NCBI GenBank assembly: GCA_963729625.1
Contig: CAVSOU010000007.1
Span: 416,001 to 480,000, forward strand
Direction of reading: 5' to 3'
DNA length: 64,000 nucleotides
From: an uncultured bacterium
Lineage (GTDB): Bacteria > Chloroflexota > UBA5177 > JANWHV01
Shown here: in pieces, positions 19,836 to 30,403 of the stretch
Numbering within the stretch: position 1 is the stretch's first letter
How the letters are laid out: every line of letters starts with the position of its first letter
Notes under the pieces: generated by a model
The model's input: only the letters and a program-made list of their open reading frames with translations
The model's database searches: none
Told to the model about the DNA's origin: nothing
Translations under genes and position numbers: made by a program

Positions 19836-20471
19836 CTCCTTGGACCGTCAATGTATCCACGATACGACACAGTCATGACAAACAGATGATGGCGCAGATG
19901 ACAACACCGTGATAGGAACGCTCCGCGAGGGTCAAGATATGCATGCCCGGCGCCACGGCGCATAGCCTGACGCTCCGCGGGGCACTTGCCTGCAGGTCGC
20001 AGAAATCAGGCAAATTGAGTCAAATCCGTACGCAATGCCTTGAATCAGAAACGCAACGCGGCAATTTGCGGTTGACCTTTACGGGTCCTGCCAGTACTGT
20101 GAGAAAGGTCCGCGACAAAGGGCAGAGAGCGCCGAGTTACGTTATACGGCGTGGTACACCAAGATGGCGATAGGGTACGTGGTGGTCGTCACGTCCTGAT
20201 TCGCCGAGCAGCACCCGGTAGTGACGCACCGCGGACGCCGGTGTGGACCGACTCGCACGGCCAATACAATCACCTGGGTGTTTTGCCGTTCCGCGGCGCC
20301 CTTCGGTCGCCCGCCCGCGCACACTGTGGCATTGCCGGCTGGAGCACGCCAAGGGTCTGCGCGACGGGCGGCCTTCACGGTGCGCAGTCGAAACCTTTCC
20401 TTGCCCGGCAGGCACTGCGTCCGTGACCGACGAGCGCGCCATCACGAGCGATCTGGAGGAAGGCGGTTCCA

Positions 20472-21871
20472 ATGGTATACTTGAGGCCCCGTAGTGTAGC
20501 CCCTATCTGTCTGGCGGCAGTCATCGTCGTGAACGTCTGTCTCGCGCTGCACGGTGCGGCGTTCGCCGCCTCGGCGCGCGACAACGTGCCACCAGTACCG
20601 AGCACGTCCAGCCAGGTATCCGGGCAGATCGTGGCCAGTTCGCCACTCTCGCTCTCCACCACGATAATAGTCGGTGGTGGTCCGGTGAGCGCCGCCGTGA
20701 CGCTGCAGAATCAGGGGAGCAGCAGCATCAGCCTGAACGGCATCGTGATCGCGGCACGGGCGCCAACCGGCGCCAATGCGGACTTCGGCGGGATTTGGGG
20801 TGTAACGCTTGCTCCCGGTCAAACAGTGGCACTGCAGCGAAACCGGACCTTTACCGTTAACGATCCCGCCGGTGCCTGGACCATCTTTGCCAGTTACCAG
20901 ACCAGCGACGCCGTGTGGCACCCACTCGCGCCGGCCCTCTCCCTCATGGTCGCCGGCACATCGCCACCAGCGGGCGGATCGCTCGCCCTTGGCGCCACCA
21001 TCAGAGACAACGGCACTTCCATATACCCCACGTCCGGCCTGCTTGCATGGTACGCCAACCTCGTGGGCAGGATGCCGGCCATCGTGAACGTCGGGTCGGA
21101 TTTCGTCCACAACGCGAGCTTCGATCCCGTCATGATGAGCTACCTGCAATCGAACGGCACCATGCCGATGTGGACCTGGATGCCGGAAGACGACACGCAG
21201 GGTGCGTACCAATCCAGTTACACCGACAGGGCGGTTGCGAACGGGGCTTACGACGGCTATATCCGGCAGTTCGCCCTCGCCGCCAAACAGTGGGGACGTC
21301 CGTTCCTGCTGCGCCTCGCGCACGAGATGAACGGGACATGGTTCCCGTGGAGCACCGGCGCCGGTAACCCAAACAGGAACAACCCGGCTGACTACGTCGC
21401 GATGTGGGAGCATGTGCACGACATCTTTACGAGCGTGGGCGCGACCAACGCCCGTTGGGTTTGGTGCGCCAACACCTCTCAACGGGCTTTACCGCATTGG
21501 CGCAGGACTATCCGGGTGATTCGTACGTGGACTGGGTGGCGCTGGACGGCTATAACTGGGGCGGCAACCCCGGCCATACGTGGCAGCCTCTGTCGACTGT
21601 CTTCGGCCCCTCGTACCAGGAAGCCGCCGCGTTGGGTAGCAGGCCGATGATGCTCGCTGAAGTGTCCTCCGCCGAACAAGGTGGCAGCAAGGCTGACTGG
21701 ATCACGCAGGGCATGCTCAATACGATTCCCCAGGCGTTCCCACGCATTCACGCCGTGGTCTGGTTTGACTGGAATCTCGAATATGATTGGCGTGTAAACT
21801 CCTCGTCTTCGTCACTTGCGGCTTTTCGCGCGGTAGTTGCTTCGCCCCTCTACCAGGGGATGGTGCAGTAG
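20472..21871 (+). pseudogene. Secreted GH26 glycoside hydrolase with N-terminal Ig-like domain, frameshifted near 21480
   Basis: Frame 1: LRLAHEMNGTWFPW, WVWCAN; second frame: YPGDSYVDWVALDGYNWG, MLAEVS, VVWFD. Confidence 0.85.
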
Positions 21872-21879
21872 GCGAGCGT

Positions 21880-21913
21880 TGGGGATCCGCGATATGCTCA
21901 GCCGGGATCCCCA
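21880..21913 (+). terminator. Hairpin after the GH26 gene
   Basis: TGGGGATCC...GGATCCCCA 9-bp stem right after the stop; no strong U-tract. Confidence 0.4.
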
Positions 21914-22293
21914 TATTGCGCAAGGACTCGAGGCAGTACCGGCCGCCTCAGTGAGCGTATGCATGCTTCGTCCGGGATCGCGCCAGCTTCTCGCGGAGTG
22001 AGACACGTTCATTTCAGTGAGATAGCAGTCGAAGCTCGGATGCCGGCCGAGCACGTCTGAGATTCCGGCGACTGGCCAACACTTTGACCTCCGCAGAACT
22101 CCGCTCGGAGCATCAAAGTCTTAATTCACGCAGCAGTAACATGGTAGAGTTGCGACGTGCTGCTTTGTCTCTGTCCGCGGCAGTGCGAACACGCGGGAGG
22201 CTCGGGTCGCAAGGAGGTCAAAGACGGCAACAGACCGGCGCGGTTGCGATGCCGCGCGACGTTCACCGATTAGCGGACCGGAGGCACGAAGAA

Positions 22294-23508
22294 GTGGCGA
22301 AAGTGTTGTGCGTCCTATACGACGATCCTGTCACAGGCTATCCACGGTCTTACGCCCGCGACACCATTCCAGCCGTAGAGCGTTATCCGGGTGGGCAAAC
22401 GGTTCCGAGTCCCGCGCACGTCGACTTCCGGCCTGGGGAGCTCCTGGGCAGTGTTTCCGGTGAGCTCGGACTGCGCCGCTTTCTTGAAGCTGAAGGTCAC
22501 TCGCTTGTCGTGACATCTGACAAAGATGGGCCCGACTCGGTATTCGAACGCGAGCTCGTCGACGCGGACATCGTTATCTCGCAGCCGTTTTGGCCGGCGT
22601 ACCTGACACGAGAACGGATCGCCAAAGCGCCCAAACTCAAGCTGGCGATCACCGCCGGAATCGGCTCGGACCACGTCGATCTGCGAGCCGCGATCGAGCG
22701 CGGCATCACTGTGACGGAAGTCACGTACAGCAACAGTATCAGCGTGGCCGAGCATGTGGTGATGCTGATCCTTTCCCTGGTGCGGAACTACTTGCCGTCC
22801 CATCAGTGGGTCCTCGATAAAGGATGGAACATTGCCGACTGCGTGTCGCGATCATACGATCTCGAGGCCATGGATGTTGGCAGCGTCGCAGCCGGACGCA
22901 TCGGCACCGCAGTGCTACGGCGCCTGAAACCGTTCGACGTCAAGCTACACTATACCGATCGGCATCGACTGCCTGCGGAGACCGAACGCGAGCTCAACGT
23001 GACGTATCATCCCAGCGTGGAGTCGCTCGTGAAGGTCTGCGACGTCGTGACGATCAATTGTCCGCTGCACCCCGAGACCGAACACATGTTCGACGCTGCG
23101 CTGTTGGCCAAGATGAAGCGCGGCGCGTACATCGTGAATACGGCGCGCGGTAAGATATGCGACCGCGACGCGATCGTGCGGGCACTCGAAAGCGGGCAGC
23201 TCGCCGGATACGCGGGTGACGTCTGGTTCCCACAGCCCGCGCCGCAAGATCATCCGTGGCGCACGATGCCGCACCACGGCATGACACCGCATGTCTCAGG
23301 ATCCTCACTGTCCGCGCAGGCGCGCTACGCCGCAGGTACACGCGAGATTCTGGAGTGCTGGTTTAGCTCTCGCCCCATCCGCGAAGAGTACCTCATCGTA
23401 GACGGCGGCAAGCTCGCCGGCGCAGGGGCCCACGCCTATAGTGAGGGAAATGCGACCGGTGGTTCGGACGAAGCGGCACGGTTCAAGCAGGCAGACGCCA
23501 CGCGCTGA
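22294..23508 (+). CDS. fdh: NAD-dependent formate dehydrogenase
   Basis: AKVLCVLYDDP, SQPFWPAY, TAGIGSDHVD, AAGRIG, YTDRH, GDVWFPQP, MTPHVSG. Confidence 0.96.
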   Translation: MAKVLCVLYDDPVTGYPRSYARDTIPAVERYPGGQTVPSPAHVDFRPGELLGSVSGELGLRRFLEAEGHSLVVTSDKDGPDSVFERELVDADIVISQPFWPAYLTRERIAKAPKLKLAITAGIGSDHVDLRAAIERGITVTEVTYSNSISVAEHVVMLILSLVRNYLPSHQWVLDKGWNIADCVSRSYDLEAMDVGSVAAGRIGTAVLRRLKPFDVKLHYTDRHRLPAETERELNVTYHPSVESLVKVCDVVTINCPLHPETEHMFDAALLAKMKRGAYIVNTARGKICDRDAIVRALESGQLAGYAGDVWFPQPAPQDHPWRTMPHHGMTPHVSGSSLSAQARYAAGTREILECWFSSRPIREEYLIVDGGKLAGAGAHAYSEGNATGGSDEAARFKQADATR

Positions 23509-23638
23509 GGGCCAGTCAAGACCGTCGCGGGCATCCGTCTGAATAACTGCCTGTTTGGTATATACTCGCGCAGCTAAACTGAAGAAGGACAAGCTGCCGG
23601 CCGGCGCGGGATGCCGGATGCTCAGAAAGGACGGCGAG

Positions 23639-24754
23639 GTGAGCGGAGTACGGGTACTGATTGGTACGCGCAAGGGCGCGTTCGTGTTGACCTCAGACGA
23701 GAAGCGCAAGAAGTGGAACGTCGGCGGCCCCCACTTCGCGGGCTGGGAGATCTACCATCTCAAGGGATCGCCCGCTGACCCCAGCCGGCTCTATGTGTCG
23801 CAATCCAACGGCTGGTTCGGCCAGCAGATTCAACGCTCCAACGACGGTGGCTCGACGTGGGAGCCGATGGGTAATGCGTTCACGTACGACGGCGTTCCCG
23901 GAACACACCAGTGGTACGACGGTACACAGCACCCATGGGAGTTCAAGCGAGTGTGGCATCTTGAACCGTCGTTGACGGATCCAGACACCGTCTACGCCGG
24001 TGTGGAGGATGCTGCGTTGTTCCGGTCGACCGACGGCGGGCGGACGTGGGAGGAGCTTGCGGGGCTGCGTGGCCACGCCTCGGGGCCCTCCTGGCAGCCG
24101 GGCGCAGGCGGCATGTGCCTGCATACAATCCTTCTGGACCCCAGCAATCCGGATCGAATCTTCATTGCGATCTCGGCGGCAGGCGCATTCCGGAGTGACG
24201 ACGCGGGCAAGTCCTGGCGCCCGATTAACCGCGGCCTGCGGTCCGAGGGCATACCCGACCCGGAGGCCGAGGTAGGCCACTGCGTCCACCGTATTGCCAT
24301 GCACCCGTCGCGCCCGGGCGTGCTGTTTATGCAGAAGCATTGGGACGTCATGCGCAGTGACGATGCCGGAGAGTCGTGGCACGAAGTGAGCGGTGATCTG
24401 CCGACCGACTTCGGCTTTCCGATCGACATACATGCGCATGAGCCGGAAACCGTGTACGTCGTGCCAATCAAGAGCGACTACGAACACTATCCGCCCGATG
24501 GGAAGCTGCGCGTCTACCGCAGCCGCACAGGAGGGAACGAGTGGGAAGCGCTCACAAATGGCCTTCCCCAGCACGACTGCTACGTGAACGTGTTGCGCGA
24601 CGCGATGGCGGTCGACTCGCTCGAGTCATGCGGAGTGTACTTCGGTACCACCGGCGGGCAGGTTTATGTATCGGCCAACGCAGGCGACTCATGGGCTCCC
24701 ATCGTCCGAGATTTGCCGGCCGTGCTGTCTGTCGAGGTCCAGACACTGCAATGA
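23639..24754 (+). CDS. BNR/Asp-box beta-propeller protein (sialidase-like fold)
   Basis: Repeated SxDxGxxW boxes ([36 protein letters not shown]); LIGTRKG start. Confidence 0.88.
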   Translation: MSGVRVLIGTRKGAFVLTSDEKRKKWNVGGPHFAGWEIYHLKGSPADPSRLYVSQSNGWFGQQIQRSNDGGSTWEPMGNAFTYDGVPGTHQWYDGTQHPWEFKRVWHLEPSLTDPDTVYAGVEDAALFRSTDGGRTWEELAGLRGHASGPSWQPGAGGMCLHTILLDPSNPDRIFIAISAAGAFRSDDAGKSWRPINRGLRSEGIPDPEAEVGHCVHRIAMHPSRPGVLFMQKHWDVMRSDDAGESWHEVSGDLPTDFGFPIDIHAHEPETVYVVPIKSDYEHYPPDGKLRVYRSRTGGNEWEALTNGLPQHDCYVNVLRDAMAVDSLESCGVYFGTTGGQVYVSANAGDSWAPIVRDLPAVLSVEVQTLQ

Positions 24755-25047
24755 TCCGCGTGCTGCTACCCGCGCATCTGCGGAACCTGGCGCGCGTCAC
24801 CGGCTCGGTAGAGCTCCAGGTTGAGGGTCCTGTCACGCTCAGGTCGGTGCTCGACGCGCTCGAAGCCCGCTATCCGGTGCTGCGCGGGACGATCCGCGAC
24901 CACGGCACGCTGCAGCGCCGGCCGTTCGTGCGGTTCTTCGGCTGCCAGGAAGACCTGTCCCATGAATCGCCGGATGCTCCCTTGCCGGACGTGATCGCGA
25001 CGGGTGCAGAGCCTTTGCTGGTCGTGGGAGCGATGGCCGGGGGTTAG
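24751..25047 (+). CDS. MoaD/ThiS-family ubiquitin-like protein
   Basis: ATGA overlap with the upstream gene; 98 aa ending AMAGG. Confidence 0.9.
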   Translation: MIRVLLPAHLRNLARVTGSVELQVEGPVTLRSVLDALEARYPVLRGTIRDHGTLQRRPFVRFFGCQEDLSHESPDAPLPDVIATGAEPLLVVGAMAGG

Positions 25048-25145
25048 GAGCCGGCACGCCAGCTCGCGCATTGCCCATCAGACGGGCCGGGTTGATCCAT
25101 AGTGCTTGCTCAGGTGGCCTGGCCCGCACGATTGGCCTGGCCGAA

Positions 25146-26678
25146 TCAACCGTGCACAAACGGCTCCAGGTGGCGAGCAAAGTGCCGAGCCAGTGTCTCG
25201 GCGTAAGCCGTCTCGTGAGCGCGGAGCAGATCGAGTATCGGCGTCCTGAAGGCGACGATCACGGACCCGAAGGTCACATGCAGTACCTGTCGCGCGTCGA
25301 AGCTGTCGAGCAGTGCCAGCAGCTGACTGTCGGTCAACGCGTCGGGCTCCGGCACGCGATTGAGGTCGGCAGACACATGGAACGTGACACGGTCGCGCTC
25401 GTAATGCGCGCGCGCGAACGACACGATACGCCGGAAGAACGGCGGATCTATCTGGGCCACCACGCGCAGCGCCTCGAGGTAGCTCGTGCCGGCCGTCTTG
25501 AGATGAACCTGGCCGCGCGCCACGTCGCCGACCAACGGGTAGACACTGAACTTATCGGAACCTGAGTGCAGGCTCAGCTTATATGGGCCGAGCGCGCGTG
25601 CGATCGCCGCGTGGCCGGCCAGGTCCGCGCGAAGCGCGTCGAGGCTGCCGATATAGTCGACTCCCTTCTCGAAGCGCCCAATGTAGCGAGGAGCCAGGCT
25701 TATCCAGCGCACGCCAAGCCGTCGAAGCTCGGCAGCTATGTAGACATGCTCCGCGTGCGAAGTCGGTGTTTCGGTCTCGTCGACTGAGACCTCCAGCTCG
25801 AACGGCACGCCGGTGCCGGTCAAATGACGGTACATACGAGACACGTGGGCAACCGCTGCGCCATACTTGGCCGCGGCGCGCAGGATCGCGCCCTCTTCCA
25901 GGAGGATTGTGCGATCCTCCAGCTCGAACGCCTCACCCGCATAGCGCTGCAGCAGGTCATTCACGCTGCTCTGCAGATCGGACCAAGGGAGCCCGTCAAC
26001 CTTGCGCCGCACGACCGCAGGCGCGGCGTCATCGGCCTCGTTATCGACGTATTGGCCAGGATCGATCGTGAAGAAGCTGAAGCCCGCAGCAGCGGTGGCC
26101 TCGATGTCCTCCGGCGTCTTGAGATGATCGGCATCGGCGCCCACGGGCTCCCGCCAGCCTGACTGGAAGGCTCCCCAGGTGGCGTCGCTCAGCACGTCAG
26201 TCGGGCTGCGGCCGGTGCGAGTCATCTCGCGGATCGATTGCTGGGCGAAGATCGGGGCCAGTGAGTGCACAGACGAGCCGGGCTCCGTGCGGCGCAGCGC
26301 AAGCACGTGGCCGGGTGTGGCAAGTCCGAGCCTGTCGCCGAAGCCTGCCGAAGTCTTGAGGCCCAGCACCGTTGGCCGGAGCCAGGGGAGCAGGTCGCGC
26401 AGAACTTCCGCATGAGCGGCATCCGCCGGGCAGGATACGACGGCGTAGCCATCGATGGCCGTGCTGTCGATGGGGCTGACGCGATGCAGCAACGGATCGT
26501 CGGGACGTGCCAGGATCGCGAGTCGCTTGAACGTGGTTGCCGATTCGAGCCATAGCGCGACGGTCGGCAGCGCGACGAACGATTCCGGATAATCGCGGGC
26601 CAGGCCGGTTCGCGACCGCAGCTCAGCGAGACCAATGCCTGTCGAGCCGGCAGTAGAGTCTGTCTCATCCAGTCTCAC
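25146..26678 (-). CDS. uxaE: Tagaturonate/fructuronate epimerase
   Basis: GFGDRLGLATPGH, AQQSIRE, GADADHLK, EVSVDET, FEKGVDY, SLHSGSDKF, HLKTAGTSYLEA. Confidence 0.92.
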   Translation of the reverse strand: MRLDETDSTAGSTGIGLAELRSRTGLARDYPESFVALPTVALWLESATTFKRLAILARPDDPLLHRVSPIDSTAIDGYAVVSCPADAAHAEVLRDLLPWLRPTVLGLKTSAGFGDRLGLATPGHVLALRRTEPGSSVHSLAPIFAQQSIREMTRTGRSPTDVLSDATWGAFQSGWREPVGADADHLKTPEDIEATAAAGFSFFTIDPGQYVDNEADDAAPAVVRRKVDGLPWSDLQSSVNDLLQRYAGEAFELEDRTILLEEGAILRAAAKYGAAVAHVSRMYRHLTGTGVPFELEVSVDETETPTSHAEHVYIAAELRRLGVRWISLAPRYIGRFEKGVDYIGSLDALRADLAGHAAIARALGPYKLSLHSGSDKFSVYPLVGDVARGQVHLKTAGTSYLEALRVVAQIDPPFFRRIVSFARAHYERDRVTFHVSADLNRVPEPDALTDSQLLALLDSFDARQVLHVTFGSVIVAFRTPILDLLRAHETAYAETLARHFARHLEPFVHG

Positions 26679-26806
26679 GTTCGATCTCCCCCTGTTATTG
26701 CCGTTCCAGCCGCCGAGGTTGCTTGGTTCCCATCTGATTGTCAAGGTTGCAGCAGGAAAGCGCCAGGGCCACGGCTGTGGCCGGCAAGCACGTGCGACCT
26801 GGGCAA

Positions 26807-27049
26807 TCAGCCTCCGGCTGGCTGATAGGCAAGATGCATCATGTGGACCACCATCCCTTCGGTCTGGTTCGCCAAGGCCGCCACGAACCCCTCGCAGGTC
26901 ACGCGGCCCAGCAGCAGGATGTCCCCGGCGTCGATGAGCGATGCGATGGTTTGCCCAATTTCCTCGTTGTGGTGGGACCCGGCCGATGTCTCCGGCGACA
27001 CCACGACGCCATCCAGCGAGAAAAGTAGCGCGGCCACGAACTTCCTCAC
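26807..27049 (-). pseudogene. Truncated dihydrofolate reductase-family (RibD_C) gene
   Basis: RKFVAALLFSLDGVV..LLLGRVT matches the RibD_C N-terminus, then stops at about 80 aa. Confidence 0.7.
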
Positions 27050-27322
27050 CGTGATCTCCATATTAAGGTTGGCACGCAATCCAGCACAGCGCAGCCCAAC
27101 GATCATACGCCATGGACTCGTGGAGTGCCTGCGTCACCAGCTCCGAGGAGCCCGCGTTCGGGCTTGAGACACATTATCCCAAACTCACTGGGGGCTGCTG
27201 GGCACGTCGTTCCTCTGGCCGTCGAATTAGCCTGCCCAGCATGGGCAGGGGGGCTATACAACAGTACTTGCTTTGTATAGTATGTAAAACACTACAGCCC
27301 AATTCGCGGAAGGACCACGGTA

Positions 27323-27682
27323 ATGAGCACAGGGTACACAGCGGTTCGTTGGCTGAAACTGCATGTAGCGAGCGCGCTTGTCACGAGGTCGGCGACGCCG
27401 CTCATCCTGGTGGGCACTTTGGCCGTCGCCAGCTTCGGCGCGGCGGCCCTGAATCCCGCGACGGCCCAGCACATACAAAGCCCGGTCGTGCAGACACCCG
27501 GTCTGCTCCTGGACTCTCCGCATACATTCTGCTACGCAGACCCCGATGGCGACGGCCACACCATATGCCATATCCTCGCCAGCCAGGTGTCCACGATTCC
27601 GAACCTCGGCTGCTCCGCTGATCCGGATGGAGACGGCACGTTCATCTGCTATTACGGCACGGATCCGCGGACGTCGAGCTGA
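27323..27682 (+). CDS. Small putatively secreted protein with two C-x-A-D-P-D-G-D-G-x-x-I-C repeats
   Basis: Hydrophobic segment ending ATA-Q; repeat conserved at protein level with synonymous DNA changes. Confidence 0.7.
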   Translation: MSTGYTAVRWLKLHVASALVTRSATPLILVGTLAVASFGAAALNPATAQHIQSPVVQTPGLLLDSPHTFCYADPDGDGHTICHILASQVSTIPNLGCSADPDGDGTFICYYGTDPRTSS

Positions 27683-27879
27683 GCTGTATGGCGCGCATTG
27701 CGTCGCGCTCGCCGAGACGATACCGGCAGTTCGGCATCTGAAACACGGGTGCCGGACTGCGGCGTCTCATACGAGCGCAAGGTTCACATCCTCATTGCCG
27801 CGCAGCCAGGCGGGGCCCGCGTCTGCCGTGCCATTCTGCCGGGGCCCGAAACCAGCAAACACGTCAGGCTGGGCAAGCA

Positions 27880-28770
27880 CTAGAAGATTCGCTTTCCCAG
27901 CGCACTCCAGGCCAGCTCCGCCGCCAGCTTCGCGGTAGAGTTCCCACGATCGAGTATGGGGTTCACTTCGACGATGTCGAGTCCTACAAGGCAGCTCGCT
28001 TCGGCCAGTAGCTCCATGGTCAGGTGCGCCTCGCGATAGTTCATGCCACCCGCCACAGGCGTGCCGACTCCGGGCGCCTCACGCGGGTCGAGCGCGTCCA
28101 TGTCCAGGCTGGCGAGGACCCCGTCGGTACCGTGCGTTACGACTTCCAGCGCGGCCGAGACCACGCGATCCATTCCCTGCCTGTCGATCTGCTGCATCGT
28201 GAACACCGCCACGCCATTTTCGCGCAGCAGAGCACGCTCGCCGTCGTCGAGGTCTCGGACGCCTACCAGTGCGACGTTGCGAGGGTCGACCTTCCGCCCC
28301 GGGTAGACCAGGTTCACCAGGCGCTGATCGCCCACCCCGCATGAAGCGGCAAGCGGCATACCGTGGATGTTGCCGGTCGGAGTCGTGTCCGCGCTATTGA
28401 AGTCGCCGTGCGCGTCGATCCATATCAGTCCCAGGCGTCGATCCCGCGCTGACGCCGCGATCGAGCCCAGGGCGACGCTATGGTCGCCGCCCAGGACCAC
28501 CGGGAAGCGTCCTTGCTCTCGCGCCTGCCACACGGCCAAGGCCAGTGCCTCGGCCATGACCACGATCTGGTCGAGATGCTTGAGCCGCGTGTCAACGATC
28601 TCGCCCTGCTCGGCCAGAGTGACCGGAATGTTGCCCATGTCCACGACGTCGTGTCCCAGACGGGTCAAGCCAGCACGCAGGCCGGCATAGCGAATGGCGC
28701 TGCATCCCATGTCCACGCCGCGCCGCTCCGCGCCAAAATCGATCGGTGCGCCAAGTACTGCCACGCGCAT
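27880..28770 (-). CDS. rocF: Arginase
   Basis: GGDHS, DAHGD, GNIHGMP, SLDMDALDP, VEVNP. Confidence 0.95.
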   Translation of the reverse strand: MRVAVLGAPIDFGAERRGVDMGCSAIRYAGLRAGLTRLGHDVVDMGNIPVTLAEQGEIVDTRLKHLDQIVVMAEALALAVWQAREQGRFPVVLGGDHSVALGSIAASARDRRLGLIWIDAHGDFNSADTTPTGNIHGMPLAASCGVGDQRLVNLVYPGRKVDPRNVALVGVRDLDDGERALLRENGVAVFTMQQIDRQGMDRVVSAALEVVTHGTDGVLASLDMDALDPREAPGVGTPVAGGMNYREAHLTMELLAEASCLVGLDIVEVNPILDRGNSTAKLAAELAWSALGKRIF

Positions 28771-28803
28771 GCTCGTATCTCCTACCTCCTCCCAATAGCG
28801 CGG

Positions 28804-30207
28804 CTAGCCTCCTATCCGGTTCAGCGCGTCGAATGCCGCGACTTTGTAGCACTCGGCCAGCGTCGGATAGTTGAACACTGTGTTCACGAAGTACTCCGCA
28901 GTGCCGCCGAAGGCGATGACAGCCTGGCCGATATGCACGAGCTCACTCGCAGCCTCGCCGATGATGTGCACGCCCAGCAACTTGCGCGAGTCTGAGTGGA
29001 AGATCAGCTTCAGCATGCCCAACTGGTCGCCGATAATCTGGCCGCGCGCGATCTCCTTGTAGTTGGCCTTCCCAACCTCGTACGGGGTATTCTCGTTCGT
29101 GAGCTCCGCCTCTGTCTTTCCCACCATCGATATCTCAGGGATCGTGTAGATGCCGTAGGGGAAGTGCGCGGGCACACTGCTCACAGTCAGACCGAATGCG
29201 TGCGACGCGGCGACTCTGCCTTGCTCCATAGAGGTCGAGGCAAGAGCAGGAAAGCCGATAACGTCACCCACGGCGTAGATGTGCGGAACCGCGCTCTGAT
29301 AGTGCTCGTTGACCACGACGCGGCCGCGGTCGTCGGGCACGATGCCGGCGGCAGCCAGGTTAAGCGACGCGGTGGCGCCAACGCGCCCTACGCTGTACAG
29401 AGCCTTGTCTGTGGTCAATCGCTTGCCGCTCTTCAGATGGGTGACAACCTTGCCTTGGTCGTTGAGCTCGAGACGCTCCACCGTCTCGCCGAGGCGAAGC
29501 ACCACGTTGTTCTCGCGAAGGTGAAAGGCAAGAGCATCGGCGATTTCTCCGTCGACAAATGGGAGCAAGTCAGGTCGCGAATCGACCACGGTCACACGCG
29601 TGCCCAGCGCGGCGAACATCGACGCATACTCACATCCGATCACGCCGGCCCCGACTACCGCGAGCGTGCGCGGCAACTGTTCGAGCCGGAGAATAGCGTC
29701 GCTCGTAAAGATGGCCTGATCGTCGACGGCGACGTCGCGCGGCTGCGCGGCATCCGTGCCCGTGGCGACAACCACGAACGCCGCCGACACCTGCCGCGTG
29801 CCCGTACCGTCCAGCAGATCAAGATTTACGGTGTGTTCGTCGGCAAACGAGGCAGACGCGCGGATGAGATCGACATTGTTTCGATACATTTGATGCTGGA
29901 TGACGTCTAGCTCGTGCTGGATGACGTAGGTCGTGCGGATCAGCAGGTCGTTGATCGTGATGTCGTGCTTCACGGCGTAGCTCTCGCCGTAAAAGGCGTG
30001 CTCTCGCCAGCCCGACAGATAGAGGACAGCCTCGCGCAGTGTCTTGCTTGGGATGGTGCCGGTGTTGATACAGGTGCCGCCGACCACCGCCTTCTTCTCT
30101 ACGATAGCGACGCGCTTCCCTGCCTTTGTCGCCGCGATGGCCGCTTTCTGGCCAGCCGGCCCGGTGCCAAGCACGACCAGGTCGTACTCGTGTGCCATGA
30201 TACTCAT
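28804..30207 (-). CDS. sthA: Soluble pyridine nucleotide transhydrogenase
   Basis: GTGPAG, GGTCINTGTIPSKTLRE (CxxxxT), GDVIGFPALAS, FNYPTLAE. Confidence 0.93.
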   Translation of the reverse strand: MSIMAHEYDLVVLGTGPAGQKAAIAATKAGKRVAIVEKKAVVGGTCINTGTIPSKTLREAVLYLSGWREHAFYGESYAVKHDITINDLLIRTTYVIQHELDVIQHQMYRNNVDLIRASASFADEHTVNLDLLDGTGTRQVSAAFVVVATGTDAAQPRDVAVDDQAIFTSDAILRLEQLPRTLAVVGAGVIGCEYASMFAALGTRVTVVDSRPDLLPFVDGEIADALAFHLRENNVVLRLGETVERLELNDQGKVVTHLKSGKRLTTDKALYSVGRVGATASLNLAAAGIVPDDRGRVVVNEHYQSAVPHIYAVGDVIGFPALASTSMEQGRVAASHAFGLTVSSVPAHFPYGIYTIPEISMVGKTEAELTNENTPYEVGKANYKEIARGQIIGDQLGMLKLIFHSDSRKLLGVHIIGEAASELVHIGQAVIAFGGTAEYFVNTVFNYPTLAECYKVAAFDALNRIGG

Positions 30208-30403
30208 GATCGGTCGTCGCCTCCAGGTCGCCGGGTCTGAACCGGCGATCCGTGCCTCACAGTCCTGACCCATGCTAGCAGAGAATCAGCTAGTCGATCG
30301 TCCAGGTCCCCTCCCGCCGAATTCGGCGATGTCCAGACCGGTGTCACGGGGCATGATGGAATAGCAGTAGCGGCATCGAGCCGCTCAAAAGAGGGAGCAT
30401 ACA

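Noticed and set aside
27880-30207. sthA and arginase are in the same frame with only a TAG and 11 sense codons between them
   Set aside because: Arginase has its own strong RBS (GGAGGAGG) and ATG, and both proteins are full length; frame coincidence
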